From positions 4,448,001-4,512,000 of the forward strand of contig CH464491.1 in NCBI GenBank assembly GCA_000002445.1: 64,000 bases of DNA, given 5' to 3'. The notes under the pieces are model-generated. The model was not told the origin of the DNA and did not search any database. It worked only from the letters and a program-made list of their open reading frames with translations. A program made the position numbers and the translations under genes. Shown here piece after piece: positions 35,863 to 47,499 of this stretch. Position 1 is the stretch's first letter, and every line of letters starts with the position of its first letter. Source of the stretch: Trypanosoma brucei. Lineage: Eukaryota.

Positions 35863-38513
35863 AAGAGATATCAGTTTTTTCCCCCATCACCGATGCAGTG
35901 CGCTGAATATCTTTGAGTTGGTTTTTAACGTTGACCTTCATTTCTGAGGTTCAAGAGCGGTAGCGACCTGGGACTCTTAGTAGATTTCTGTGTTACGTTC
36001 CATTTCCGGTACCGGTTCTCCCGGTACGTGAAGCCGGCTGGGGGATTATGTATTTTAGATGCAACAAGATTCGGAACCCTATATATTTTTTCTAAAATTA
36101 ATCATTCATGGGGAGAGATTGCTGCATTTTCTCCCTTCTTTAATTGGGTGAGAACACATAAAAAGTCATCAGGTCGTGCGACATTTTTTAACAAGTTATG
36201 TCTGACCGGTCACTACAAAGCAAGGTGGAGACTTGTGGCTCTTTCGAGCATACCCACGGCTACGCATTGGTAATGAGGGGTGAATACTAGCAAAGAGATT
36301 AGACATAAACCGCAGGGGAGTTCACCGTTAAGATTGTGCCGGCATGAATGTAACGCGTAGGACGCCACGCCGCTGTACGGACGATGCACGTGACTGTTAG
36401 GGGCTTTGAAAGAGATGTTTGCATCCTGAAACAGATTTCACGGCGAAAGAAAAAGAACTTCTTTTGTTAACATGCAAATTTACTTCGACACACTTGCTTC
36501 TGTGGTTAGTCGAAAGTGTGTGCTCTCAGGATTTAAGCAACACACATCATGTCACTGGTTGCTGCAATGTGGTCATAGCATTTGCATTTGCGACAAACGT
36601 ACTGAACAAAGAAATGCGCAGTGGTAGCGAAGAATTTACTTTTTGTCCATACCATGCTCAACTGTGCGTTCCGAAGTTTTTATACTTTCGTCATTACGCG
36701 ACGATGTGTCTCCATCATATCTAACGTCTCCCCCCTTTACACACTTGTGACAAGGAGGAAGAGCCGGCCAAGCCCCCAGCATGCGCACAAGGAAACCAAC
36801 TACTACTAAACAACGCATCGTGGACAAGCATGACAACAGTTCTCCGGACGAGGTGAGAAATATGGAAAGATTAAATTTATGAGTCGTGACTTATACACAG
36901 ACCTCGATAGTCGCAATGTCATTGTTTACTATTGTTGCATCCAATTTAGTAACATCACCTTTCTGTGGTTTATAGGCCGAGTGCTCTAGGCATAACAGAG
37001 GAGAACTTTATGTCCCTTAGAACACATTGTGGCCTCAGCTGACTTTCACTATTTAAAAACCTTCACTGCAGGAGGCATCTGTGTTTGCCGCGCGGATCGG
37101 CACTTCGCTGTGTCAACCCTCTTGATCACCGGAGCTTGGCACCGATTTCCCCATTGACCGGAAGCAACCTCCTGGATCTTCATTAGAAAGTAAGATATGG
37201 GTTGGCTGTCCCCAACATACGTTATGGGGGTGGGTCTCTGAAAGATTCGGAGTGCCACGCGGTGCCGCCCGAACATTCGTAAATGCAGATTTTACCACGA
37301 CTTCCGAACCAACTTCTCATCGCCCCTTTATTTGTATTCCCCTCTAGACAAGGAGTGGGTTCTTCAAAGGAATCGTATTGCGATTGATTCAGTCCCATTG
37401 CAACGTTGCGGGGCAGTTGCGTGAGAGGTCCTTCTCAGACCGCATGTCCCTGCCCACACAACGTTTGCTGGAAGAAATGTTTGTGAGGTACCCTAGGGGA
37501 ACATAGCCACCCAACTACTACTGCCCACACGCACAAACTCTATGTACAGTGCCGCCGCCGTGCTGGATACTCTTTAATCCATATACTGGAAGACTTTTTT
37601 TTTTTTAATGGTAGGGTTGTTATGCGCATGCGCCACTCTCACCGTAGATTGGTGCAGTACTTGGTCAGCGAGCTGATGGTGCGGTTAAAGTCCTTGACGT
37701 CATTTTTATCTGTTTAATCAACTTCCGGTAACATACCGTAATTTTTGAAGTACTTCTCTCTTGTGTTTGGTGGAAAATGCACTGTAGCTGGTGTCTGATG
37801 TAGGCACAGTCATTTCCGTAATACGCAGTGAGAACACACTTTTTACGAGAGGTGGTTGAAACCGACACGAGTTACCAACATAGTGCCATCAAACGGTCCT
37901 TCCTTTCGTGTTAATGTCAGTACAAATGCGAACTCCATCGCTACCAACGAGGGAACAAACAACACATAGATAACCCTTCGAACCGTGCCCGAGGTGACGC
38001 TCTGCTTATATTTTGGACCACAACATAAAGGCGGATGTGATGCCGCTGTGGCTTATGACGAGGTAAGCGATCAGGTCGCGTAGTGTTGTCAACGCTTCGT
38101 GTATCCTACAAAGCGACGTAACATAGCGCCCGAATCGTCACCACCATCAGTGGGAAACAAAGCAGCTGTTGGAAAAGTATAAGTCATTCTGGAGGTGTTG
38201 TGAACTCCCGTTGAAACCGAGTCAGGAACCATGAGTGGGAATGGACGCGAAAAGCAAAATTTTATGCACATTTTAGCCGAGCGTGGTCGTAAAACTATAT
38301 CACCTGGAATCGGAGATTCCACTGTCATAAAGGTGGATGTTGTCCAGTACATGTTGTTGAAACCTCGTGAACACTCGTCTTTGGTATTGTTGGGCCTTGT
38401 TGTAGAAGCAAGACAGCTGGGTCTATGACAGCCGGTTGTCTCAAGGCAATTTGAGCGGTTGAACACTGAAAGTCTCTGATGGTAGACTGTCTAACTCGAC
38501 TTCACTCACGGGA

Positions 38514-38953
38514 ATGCTTCGACTGAAGAAGCTTCAAATCAGGGGCAACCTCGACAACAGCAACGGCGCTGGGGAAATATTTCGTATTGAAATGCTGAAA
38601 GAGATGGTGCCGACGTATAAAGAGGTGGGAATAATTGGAGAGGTGCGCCTCTCCCCGAACCCCACGATTCACAACTTGGAACAGACATCAGCAAATGACG
38701 ACTTCATAAAGTAACTTTCCGTATGGAAGAAACTATATGAAAGTTGACACTATCTGTGTCCCTAAAACTGGATAATGTCGAACAGCTGTCAAAGATTACA
38801 ACACTAAAGGGGTTGAGCCTTTCATGGTGCACTAATATTATACATGGGTGGGAAAGCAATGATAAACTTCCACAGCTCCGAGTTCTTTATTTGGAAGGGG
38901 GCGGCAAATATGCTGGGGGTGCAACCTATGAGAGGTATCAGCAACATGTTTAA
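38514..38953 (+). pseudogene. Degenerate leucine-rich repeat protein (LRRP/ESAG8-like) gene fragment.
   Basis: Two adjacent short ORFs encode LRR-like text: LKKLQIRGNLDN, LSKITTLKGLSLSWCTNIIHGWESNDKLPQLRVLYLEG. This is the L..L..LxLS.C..I pattern of trypanosome LRRP/ESAG8. They are broken by stops. Confidence 0.3.
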
Positions 38954-41920
38954 ATGTTACAGTGAGGGTAAGTGGGGCATACACAAAACTGACCGCGCGG
39001 AATTTGCCTTCCTGTGCTGTTATTATTTTTCCATTATCCCTCTTAACATGGTATGCGATCTCCTGCACCACGGAAGGAAACAACATATGCTACTGGGGTA
39101 AATGCCGACGCCTCAGAGGAGTATATCTTCTGCAGAGCTCAGCACAGGATCTGCAGACCCCCACGGCAGCGAAGGAGGCTGGCCGTCACACAGCAGCAGC
39201 CGTCTGCTCCTAAACGTTGTGGTAGGGCACGGAAGATTCATAAGACTAGCCACTGTTTGACTGACAAGAGCTTGAATGCGACGAGAAATGCTCCCGAGGT
39301 GCGCACGTCGCTGTGAGAAAAGTGATGCCAAAAGATTATTGCAACTCGCTGGTGATGGCACCAGCCCGATGCCTCAATTGTTTTACTGGAGTTTGTTTGG
39401 CAACGGGTGGCACTGGGAAAGAGCCACTGAATGCGTCTTTATGACACACAGACACGTTGCTGACGAGAAGGAAGCGGAAGCACTACCGAGTTTTCGTTTG
39501 GTAACACTTTGGATTAGTACATGATTCCAGTTGGCATAAGCGCTGGACCTCCAGAGGCGTGTTGGGGCCATGGTCATGACTAAGCGCACTGAGGGACAAA
39601 GCGTAGCAATGGTAGTAGGTCGGGAACAAAACGTCGATTGAGACTCCGTTAAGGATTGGTTAGTTGATCGGGACAGGAGGACAAGCAATGACGAACACCA
39701 CTGTTTTGCTTGTTGGTACAGAGAAACGCGACAACTAGCACAATATTCCAGGTTGGACTGCAGAACAAATTGGAAATTAGCAAAAAAAAAATGGCCGAGT
39801 GGCTGAATCAAATTACAAAGAGTGGCAGCCCAACTGCGTCGCAGAAAGGAGTAACGATGAACGGGAGGCAGAATGTTGTAATACAAAAGCAAGAACAGAA
39901 CGGGAAGCAGGCAATTAAAGCGCATCCGGGTCCAACAGCAAAGATCGTAGAGCCATGTCAATGAGGGTGCTAGAAGCCGAGAAAGACGTGCTGAAAAGGG
40001 GTGTTTCGGACAACCACGACCGTCTTCAAGAGAAATTTGAAGTGTGTGTTATCCGTCAGCATGTAATGAGGGGGGGCTGTTTCGCGATTTCCCGATCACA
40101 CGAGAGGAGTTGAATTTACGTGATGTTTCTGACCAGTCGTAACCGCGTCTTTGTGATCGCTGGTTTCCACGGCCTCTTTCAACTGATTTTTTTATTGTGT
40201 AGCCCACCGCAGTTTAATGGATTTTTTGTTGGAATCCATTGCACGTGCTATGGTGCGCTATGTCGTGGCTTGTGCTTTGTTATGTTTAGTTGGCGTTGTT
40301 GTTGTTGTTGTTCTTGTTCATAGGCTTCTTTCATGGCATGCAGTGACCTCGCACATTTGGTCTCAGATTTCATCCGTAGTAGTTCATCCTTTCGTTTCGA
40401 TAACCGAGTATTCCTTTGTTGTTGTTTTTTTTTTGAACGCTTTTACTTCTCATTTACTGTGTATTGCTGATCCAGCTCCCGCATGTCACTACACAGCTGC
40501 TCCGTAGCACCCCTCAGCTTTGACTTATACGCACGAACAACCCTTCCCTGTTGTCCTGCTGTTACAGTCACTGGGCATACAGAACGAAACAGCTTCTTAA
40601 CTCCACGCAAAATATTTGTTAGCTGTAAGTGCCCTCTGTCAAAGGGGACACAGACACAGTAATAACAGGCACTTCTTCGTTCGCTGCATAACCGGTTATG
40701 CGATGTCGTTGCGTTCCTGTTTGACGCTGCAAGAACGATTCCCTGTGGGGTTTTCCGATTGGTCACCTCATTAACGGTAACAGCGCGTGTGTCATGGACC
40801 GCAGTACCTGGACGTATTCGGAAAGGTCGTGGTAACGTCCTTGGCGCCCCACTTCATTTTTTACCGCTTTTCTTATGCATATCATCGCTTTCGGTGAATC
40901 GCGAACTGTTAGTGTACTTCTTGGAGATCGGTTAAGACCCATAGCTGTCCAGCAGGTCGTTTTGCTGCGTTCGGTGCCGAGATTTGCTTGGCAGGGATCA
41001 TTTTTCCAAAATGCAATACATAGGCTCACACACAGGTCCCGGTGATCGGCCTCTACAACCAATAACCTGCGACTGCTGAACTTCCTTGGAAAGTCTTCCG
41101 TATGCACCGTTAGCATCTCATATTTGCTTTTACTTTCGTAAGCGCTGAAAACAGAGCGATTTTCATTGGTGGTCTGCTCTGTAGCGCTTGCCTGCCAGGG
41201 AAGTTGAGATGACAAAATTAAATAGAGGTCCACATAGGTTTGGTATCCTTCACGCGATTCTTCAAGGATGTGTTGTTCCTTTCGTCTGCGGAGTGACGAC
41301 GGGAAAAGCGGAACTTGCTGCTGGAGAAACGTTGCAGTACGACACGTAAACTATTGTTTTTGCGAAATTCATAAATATGATTTCCACAAGGAGACAGGGA
41401 GTGCATCGTGTTGTGCTATGCAAAGGCGACAGGGCAATTATAAAAAACGTGCTGTCGCAACCAGTCAGCTTCCATCAATTTAACAGCGATGCAATAAGTG
41501 GATCTTGACTACCCCAGAGATGCGTATTGCGGTAAGGGGAACGTCACCCCCCCCCCCCGTACATCATTTTAACCGGTAGGGACGAGTAGTCTCATACCTT
41601 ACCTACAGTTGGAGGAGCTTTAAGCCGAAAATTTTCGACTTTTTTGAGGGTAGAAGCAAGCTCCCCAGGTTTCCCTCAAAAGCAGAAAGAGCATCCATCC
41701 TCGCTTTGATACACCGCATTGGGTGTTTTCCGTTTCTCGCTCCTTGGGCATACAGAGTGGCGGTTCCCCCGATGCTATCCTTTCCCCCCCCCCCCGCAAA
41801 AAAAAAAAAAAAATCTTTTGGGTTGCCCTTTCGGGCCCGCTCCGCCGCGGTAAACCTTTTACCGGCCGAAAACCCCGGGCAAAATGTTTTCCCTGACTGG
41901 GTGGCGGACCCCCGATCTTN

Positions 41921-42019
41921 NNNNNNNNNNNNNNNNNNNNNNNNNNNNNNNNNNNNNNNNNNNNNNNNNNNNNNNNNNNNNNNNNNNNNNNNNNNNNNNN
42001 NNNNNNNNNNNNNNNNNNN
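41921..42019. other. Scaffold gap (N run). The flanking sequence at 41540-41920 has long homopolymers (C14, C12, A16) typical of low-quality read ends.
   Basis: Ns are seen directly. Track ORFs contain X runs. Confidence 0.95.
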
Positions 42020-42812
42020 TGACAATTGCGGCAGGACGATGAGCAGAAGTAACAACGCGACTGGAGCTCTCAATATCACGGGAAGTACGTCCATGGCGAC
42101 ACGACACACAGCTCCTCCCGTCGGAAGGGAATGTTCCCCGCCACTCGGTGCGAGTGAGGCATTGCGGTCGCTCAAGTGAAGCATATTCATCGCAGTGTCT
42201 TTGATAGTCTACGTGTAAAAGTGGTTGTCACACTGGAACAAATGAAAGGGAGGGGTTGGGCAAGAGTTGTTAGGTGAAACTGGGAACCACGTAACGCCAA
42301 GAACGTGATGCCCATATCGAGGGGAAAAAATATAAACGGTTGCACGCAACAAGCCATATTAAGATTTAAGGACGCCAACACACGCATCGTTCCATCAGAG
42401 CCAAACACACCAGTAACGTAGGCGCGAAACTGCGCTTGTTGTGTCAGAGGCGGCGGTCACAATGCACAAGACCACCCCACAACAGTACAGAACTCCCAAG
42501 GTATGCGCCGCGCGCGGTGGAGTGGACCATCGATAGGTAAAACAACAATGTACCATTAAGAGGTCAACGGTTCCTCCAATCACGGCGGATGTGCCGCCCC
42601 TTTGCCACTAATTGATTGGAGGAACGGGGGCGTATTTTTCGCGACACACGACCACTGCAAAGCGGCTGGAGACTTGACACAATCCGAAGGGCGCGTCAGC
42701 TGCGTCGCAACTGTGTGCACGCTTCTATACCCCTGGCATCGGCGACAAAGTATCCGCAGCCACAATAGCCACCAAAGAACCGCCTCTCCTTCCAGCTTAG
42801 ACATAGTAGGTG
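42020..42812. repeat. Left arm of an inverted duplication. It is the reverse complement of 43116-43908, i.e. the adenylate cyclase 5' flank plus its first ~170 nt of coding sequence.
   Basis: Track ORFs 42395-42583(-) and 43345-43533(+) are identical, as are 42187-42408(-) and 43520-43741(+). ORF 41603-42190(-) begins MNMLHLSDRNASLAPSGGEH, identical to the cyclase N-terminus. Nucleotide reverse-complement identity was checked by eye across the arm ends. Confidence 0.85.
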
Positions 42813-43115
42813 TCCGCCACACACACACACACAATCTCTTTTGTGTTTGCTCTTTTCGTGCCCCGCTCCGCGCGGGTAAACCACTTTCAGCGGCCGGAGA
42901 ACTCCCGTGCGAAAATGTTTTCTCACCTGACTCGGTGTGTGCTGACACTCCGAGTCACTTCGCAGGTAAGGGAGTCATACGCCCTCTGGAACGGGTGAAC
43001 CAGTTCCAGTAGGATAGCACTATCCTTGATCAATGGCACCGCGTAAATGCTGCATCACTACCGAAAGCAAGTAAGAAGGCATATGACCCCGTTTCGCGCC
43101 GGTTCGTCCACCCGA

Positions 43116-43908
43116 CACCTACTATGTCTAAGCTGGAAGGAGAGGCGGTTCTTTGGTGGCTATTGTGGCTGCGGATACTTTGTCGCCGATGCCAGGGGTA
43201 TAGAAGCGTGCACACAGTTGCGACGCAGCTGACGCGCCCTTCGGATTGTGTCAAGTCTCCAGCCGCTTTGCAGTGGTCGTGTGTCGCGAAAAATACGCCC
43301 CCGTTCCTCCAATCAATTAGTGGCAAAGGGGCGGCACATCCGCCGTGATTGGAGGAACCGTTGACCTCTTAATGGTACATTGTTGTTTTACCTATCGATG
43401 GTCCACTCCACCGCGCGCGGCGCATACCTTGGGAGTTCTGTACTGTTGTGGGGTGGTCTTGTGCATTGTGACCGCCGCCTCTGACACAACAAGCGCAGTT
43501 TCGCGCCTACGTTACTGGTGTGTTTGGCTCTGATGGAACGATGCGTGTGTTGGCGTCCTTAAATCTTAATATGGCTTGTTGCGTGCAACCGTTTATATTT
43601 TTTCCCCTCGATATGGGCATCACGTTCTTGGCGTTACGTGGTTCCCAGTTTCACCTAACAACTCTTGCCCAACCCCTCCCTTTCATTTGTTCCAGTGTGA
43701 CAACCACTTTTACACGTAGACTATCAAAGACACTGCGATGAATATGCTTCACTTGAGCGACCGCAATGCCTCACTCGCACCGAGTGGCGGGGAACATTCC
43801 CTTCCGACGGGAGGAGCTGTGTGTCGTGTCGCCATGGACGTACTTCCCGTGATATTGAGAGCTCCAGTCGCGTTGTTACTTCTGCTCATCGTCCTGCCGC
43901 AATTGTCA
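43116..43908. repeat. Right arm of the inverted duplication. The spacer between arms is 42813-43115, ~303 bp.
   Basis: As for the left arm. Arm boundaries: gacatagtaggtg (42800-42812) and cacctactatgtc (43116-43128). Confidence 0.85.
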
Positions 43909-46900
43909 GTGGGCGCCGAGGCTAATGCGACAGTCAAGGTTCTCTCCGCCGCGTGGAACTCGTACATGCCGCAGGAGTATGTGACCGCGATCAATGCTGG
44001 CTTCAGTGCCTCACTAGAGTCACGACAATGGACTGTGGCTGGAAGCGTGAAAGTTGAGGTAGTTTATCCAGAGCGGTACGAAACACTACCCGAAGATTTC
44101 ATTAAAGAGCAGTTGGAATTGGAAACGGACCAGAATAAGATTGTTATAGTGTATGGACCCCTCGGTGACAAAAGCGTAATATACTCGATCCCGTATCTGG
44201 TGAATCACAGCGTAGTGGCCTTAGGGTTGATGACCGGCTCCGGGGAGGTGCGGCGGTGGAATCCGTACCTTTACTTTCTGCGTGCCGACCCCGCTGCTGA
44301 AACATTGGCTCTCATTCGGTATGCTCTATGCCAGTTGCGCGTGCTGCGCTTGGGTTTTATGTACCTTCAGGGTGTTCATTATGGCGACGAGGAGTATGCA
44401 TTGACAGTGAACGTGATGTCTCAGATGGGTTATGAGCTGCATGGTGTGTTCACCGTGATGAGTCCAGACGGTGAGCCTGCTCCTGATGATGAGTTCAAAG
44501 AGGCGTTCGAGCGTTTCGCCGCCGCCCTTCCTCAGGCCATCATTGTCTTTGGTGCGCCAGAAAAGGATACTGCGAAGTTCTTGATGATGATGGTAGCGGA
44601 GGAGCGCGTTGCTCGGTCTTATATTCTTGGTCCATCATCCGTCCAGGTGTCACTTGCAGAAATGTGGCGACTCGCTCTGGAAGCTGCAGGGGCCTCATTC
44701 GCGCCCGGGCAGCTACTTTTCACAGGCACCAATCCGCTTGCGAAGGACAGCCAGTACATAGCAATCAAGCGTTTTCAAGGAGTTATGAGTGAATACCTGA
44801 AAGCTCACGTCGGCGAAACCAACATCACTGAAACAGATTATTTCCTGACCCACGATCCTGAGGGAGAGTTGATGGTGTATGGGTGGATTGCTGGGGAGGT
44901 ATTGACCCAGGCACTTAGTAGTCTTGAATGGCTCAAGGACCGCGCTACGTTTGTCAGGTCGCTATACAGCCAACGGCGCTACGTCATCAATGACATTGTG
45001 ATCGGTGATTATGGCGGTACGTGTGAGGGGGAGGCGGCCAAGCATGGCGCCACCTGTGAGTGTAACCAAGGCAGTAAGGCGGTGTATGTGAAAGAGGTGT
45101 TGGAGGATGGCCGGACGACGACGATGGCGAGTGGATTCACGGTGGTGAAAGCTTCGCAGTGCTATGCTGAATCTTCGGAGCTTCACGGGCCACTGAATGG
45201 ACTCGCCGTTTTCATGGAAGACGACGACACCGCGTCGAAGGCAGCTGCGCTGTGGCACAAGGGGGCCTCCCATCTTGTCGGCAAGGGTGATTTGGGACAC
45301 TCGGACAGGTTCTTTCTGCACGCATTTAATACTACCATAGCTGAGGCAGCGAACGATCTTCGGCATGAACAAGGTGAAAGAATCGTAACCGCTGTGTTTG
45401 GCCCCGTGACCGAGGCGATGTTGGACACGCCGAATATAACCTTTATCGATCCCCTGGAACTCAAACCACGGCTGAATAAGTTCAGAAGGAATGTGATTCA
45501 TCTCTCGCCCACCCTGGAACAACAACTTTACGTTCTTTCATCGTACCTCGCAGGCGACGGGGTCGGCACTGTTGATGCCGTGATCTGCAGCAACGAAGCG
45601 GATGGGATTGCAGATTTTCTGCGGAGGTCACTAACTGAGTTCGGTGTCTCGCTACGTTCCGCTGTCATACGTGAGGATGGGGAAGGTGTTGGTAAATACC
45701 TTCCGATGAGTGGGATCGTGTTTGTCATTGGTCTTTCCGTTCCAGATGTGAGGGAAATCGCGAGGAAACTTGAGGAACGTAACGATTTGCGTGTGATTGT
45801 TCTCTTCGCGGAGTTTTCGTTACTGTATGATCTGTTTACTTCGACCCTCAACAACACCGCAGGCGCCGCGCGTCTTGTGTTTGCCACCAGCTTGCCACAT
45901 TGGGGTGATACTGAAACCTCATCGAAGACTACTCAACTGTTCCATGATGTCGAAAAAGACTCACGATTGTGGACACCCCTATCACTTCTGGCATTCGCAA
46001 CCGGTCGATTGATGCGGGCAATACTTCTTCGTGTAGAAGAAATGAGTCCAGAAACGTTGGTAAATTTCTTCTATGCCGATTCTTCCATCATCTCTGATGA
46101 CATGCGGTACGGTGTCTTCGACGACACAAAGTGCGACGGCGCAGAGAACATTTCGGAGGGTGATTGTGCCTCGAACTATGGCGCAACGCAGATATCCGTG
46201 TGGTCTATGGCCCGTGCTCTCAACGCCTCCATTCTTCCACTTACAAATCCCATGACACCGTCAATGAGCTTCAGAGACCCTAGCGAAGGAAAACTCTCCG
46301 GGGCACCGCTGGTGGGCGTCATCATCGGTGCTACCTTTGCTTTGTTTCTTGTGGTGGCTCTGGGCGTGGTTCCATACTTTGTCCTGCGCAACACCCGTGA
46401 TAACAACAGCGCGCCAAAGGAACCCACAGAGCCTGTGACAATTGTTTTCACAGATATTGAAAGCAGCACGGCACAGTGGGCTGCCCACCCCGATGTCATG
46501 GCTGATGCTGTCGCCGCACACCACAAGTTGATCCGCGCGCTGATCTCCCAGTACGAGTGTTACGAGGTGAAGACCGTTGGGGACTCGTTCATGATCGCGA
46601 GCCGAAGTGCGTTTATGGCGGTGCAACTTGTGCGGGATCTGCAGAGGGCGTTCCTTCGCCACAACTGGGGCGCGTCCGTGTTTGACGAGTATTATTGCAG
46701 ACTTGAGCAGGACCGTGCGTTAGAAAGTGAGGGATACGTGCCGCCAACCGCACGCCTGGACCCCGACGTGTACCGAAAGTTGTGGAATGGCCTCCGAGTG
46801 CGAGTTGGTGTGCACACCGGATTGTGTGACATTCGCCACGATGAGGTGACAAAGGGTTACGACTACTATGGTCATACGTCGAACATGGCTGCCCGCACAG

Positions 46901-47499
46901 AGAGCGCTGCGAATGGTGGACAGATATTGCTGACACGTGCAACATACCTTTCGCTAAGCACAGCGGAGCGTGAGCAACTTGACGTCACTGCGCTGGGCGC
47001 CGTCCCACTGCGTGGCGTTCCCGATCCGGTGGAAATGTACCAAGTTGATGCTGTGGTCGGTCGGTCCTTCGCTGCACTGCGCCTCGACAGGGAGGTCGAT
47101 CTGGTCGCAGATAGTGGGGTAACAAACCTATCCACCAGCGACTGCGCGTCCTTATGTGAGTTGGGTCAGTCAGCACAGACGATAGTGGCAGTCATGCGCG
47201 CACTTTTCGGCACTTTTACAGCATCACAGCGGGAAAAGTTGTTAGTGCCCTTCTGCGAGCGTTGGCGTGTGACGCTACCACCCAAAACGAAGTCCGTGTG
47301 GGATGATAACTACTGTCAGGAGGTTGTGCGGCGTATAGCAGCAAAAGTGGGACACGTCGTTGACTTCACGGCTTACAACATCGCTGAGCCCCCCCTCACA
47401 ACGTCAAGCAGCTCGTCCGTCATATTCATTTCCGACGCCGCCGTGGGTTTGTGCGCAGTGGGAGAACGAAATGTCTCAACCCCAAAGGAGGAAAACTGA
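43738..47499 (+). CDS. GRESAG4: Receptor-type adenylate cyclase (trypanosome ESAG4/GRESAG4 family), 1253 aa.
   Basis: Signal peptide (LLLLLIVLPQLSVGA) and a large extracellular domain. Single TM segment LVGVIIGATFALFLVVALGVVPYFVL. Class III cyclase catalytic core VTIVFTDIESSTAQWA...YEVKTVGDSFMIAS...YDYYGHTSNMAARTES. Confidence 0.9.
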   Translation: MNMLHLSDRNASLAPSGGEHSLPTGGAVCRVAMDVLPVILRAPVALLLLLIVLPQLSVGAEANATVKVLSAAWNSYMPQEYVTAINAGFSASLESRQWTVAGSVKVEVVYPERYETLPEDFIKEQLELETDQNKIVIVYGPLGDKSVIYSIPYLVNHSVVALGLMTGSGEVRRWNPYLYFLRADPAAETLALIRYALCQLRVLRLGFMYLQGVHYGDEEYALTVNVMSQMGYELHGVFTVMSPDGEPAPDDEFKEAFERFAAALPQAIIVFGAPEKDTAKFLMMMVAEERVARSYILGPSSVQVSLAEMWRLALEAAGASFAPGQLLFTGTNPLAKDSQYIAIKRFQGVMSEYLKAHVGETNITETDYFLTHDPEGELMVYGWIAGEVLTQALSSLEWLKDRATFVRSLYSQRRYVINDIVIGDYGGTCEGEAAKHGATCECNQGSKAVYVKEVLEDGRTTTMASGFTVVKASQCYAESSELHGPLNGLAVFMEDDDTASKAAALWHKGASHLVGKGDLGHSDRFFLHAFNTTIAEAANDLRHEQGERIVTAVFGPVTEAMLDTPNITFIDPLELKPRLNKFRRNVIHLSPTLEQQLYVLSSYLAGDGVGTVDAVICSNEADGIADFLRRSLTEFGVSLRSAVIREDGEGVGKYLPMSGIVFVIGLSVPDVREIARKLEERNDLRVIVLFAEFSLLYDLFTSTLNNTAGAARLVFATSLPHWGDTETSSKTTQLFHDVEKDSRLWTPLSLLAFATGRLMRAILLRVEEMSPETLVNFFYADSSIISDDMRYGVFDDTKCDGAENISEGDCASNYGATQISVWSMARALNASILPLTNPMTPSMSFRDPSEGKLSGAPLVGVIIGATFALFLVVALGVVPYFVLRNTRDNNSAPKEPTEPVTIVFTDIESSTAQWAAHPDVMADAVAAHHKLIRALISQYECYEVKTVGDSFMIASRSAFMAVQLVRDLQRAFLRHNWGASVFDEYYCRLEQDRALESEGYVPPTARLDPDVYRKLWNGLRVRVGVHTGLCDIRHDEVTKGYDYYGHTSNMAARTESAANGGQILLTRATYLSLSTAEREQLDVTALGAVPLRGVPDPVEMYQVDAVVGRSFAALRLDREVDLVADSGVTNLSTSDCASLCELGQSAQTIVAVMRALFGTFTASQREKLLVPFCERWRVTLPPKTKSVWDDNYCQEVVRRIAAKVGHVVDFTAYNIAEPPLTTSSSSSVIFISDAAVGLCAVGERNVSTPKEEN

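Noticed and set aside
34780-35940. Cluster of mutually overlapping 100-200 aa ORFs on both strands.
   Set aside because: All six frames are open because of high GC and few stops. There is no consistent frame or protein-like motif, so it was treated as non-coding GC island.
42187-42583. Small ORFs 42187-42408(-) and 42395-42583(-), duplicated at 43345-43741(+).
   Set aside because: Identical because they lie in the inverted-duplication arms. They correspond to the cyclase 5' flank and are non-coding.
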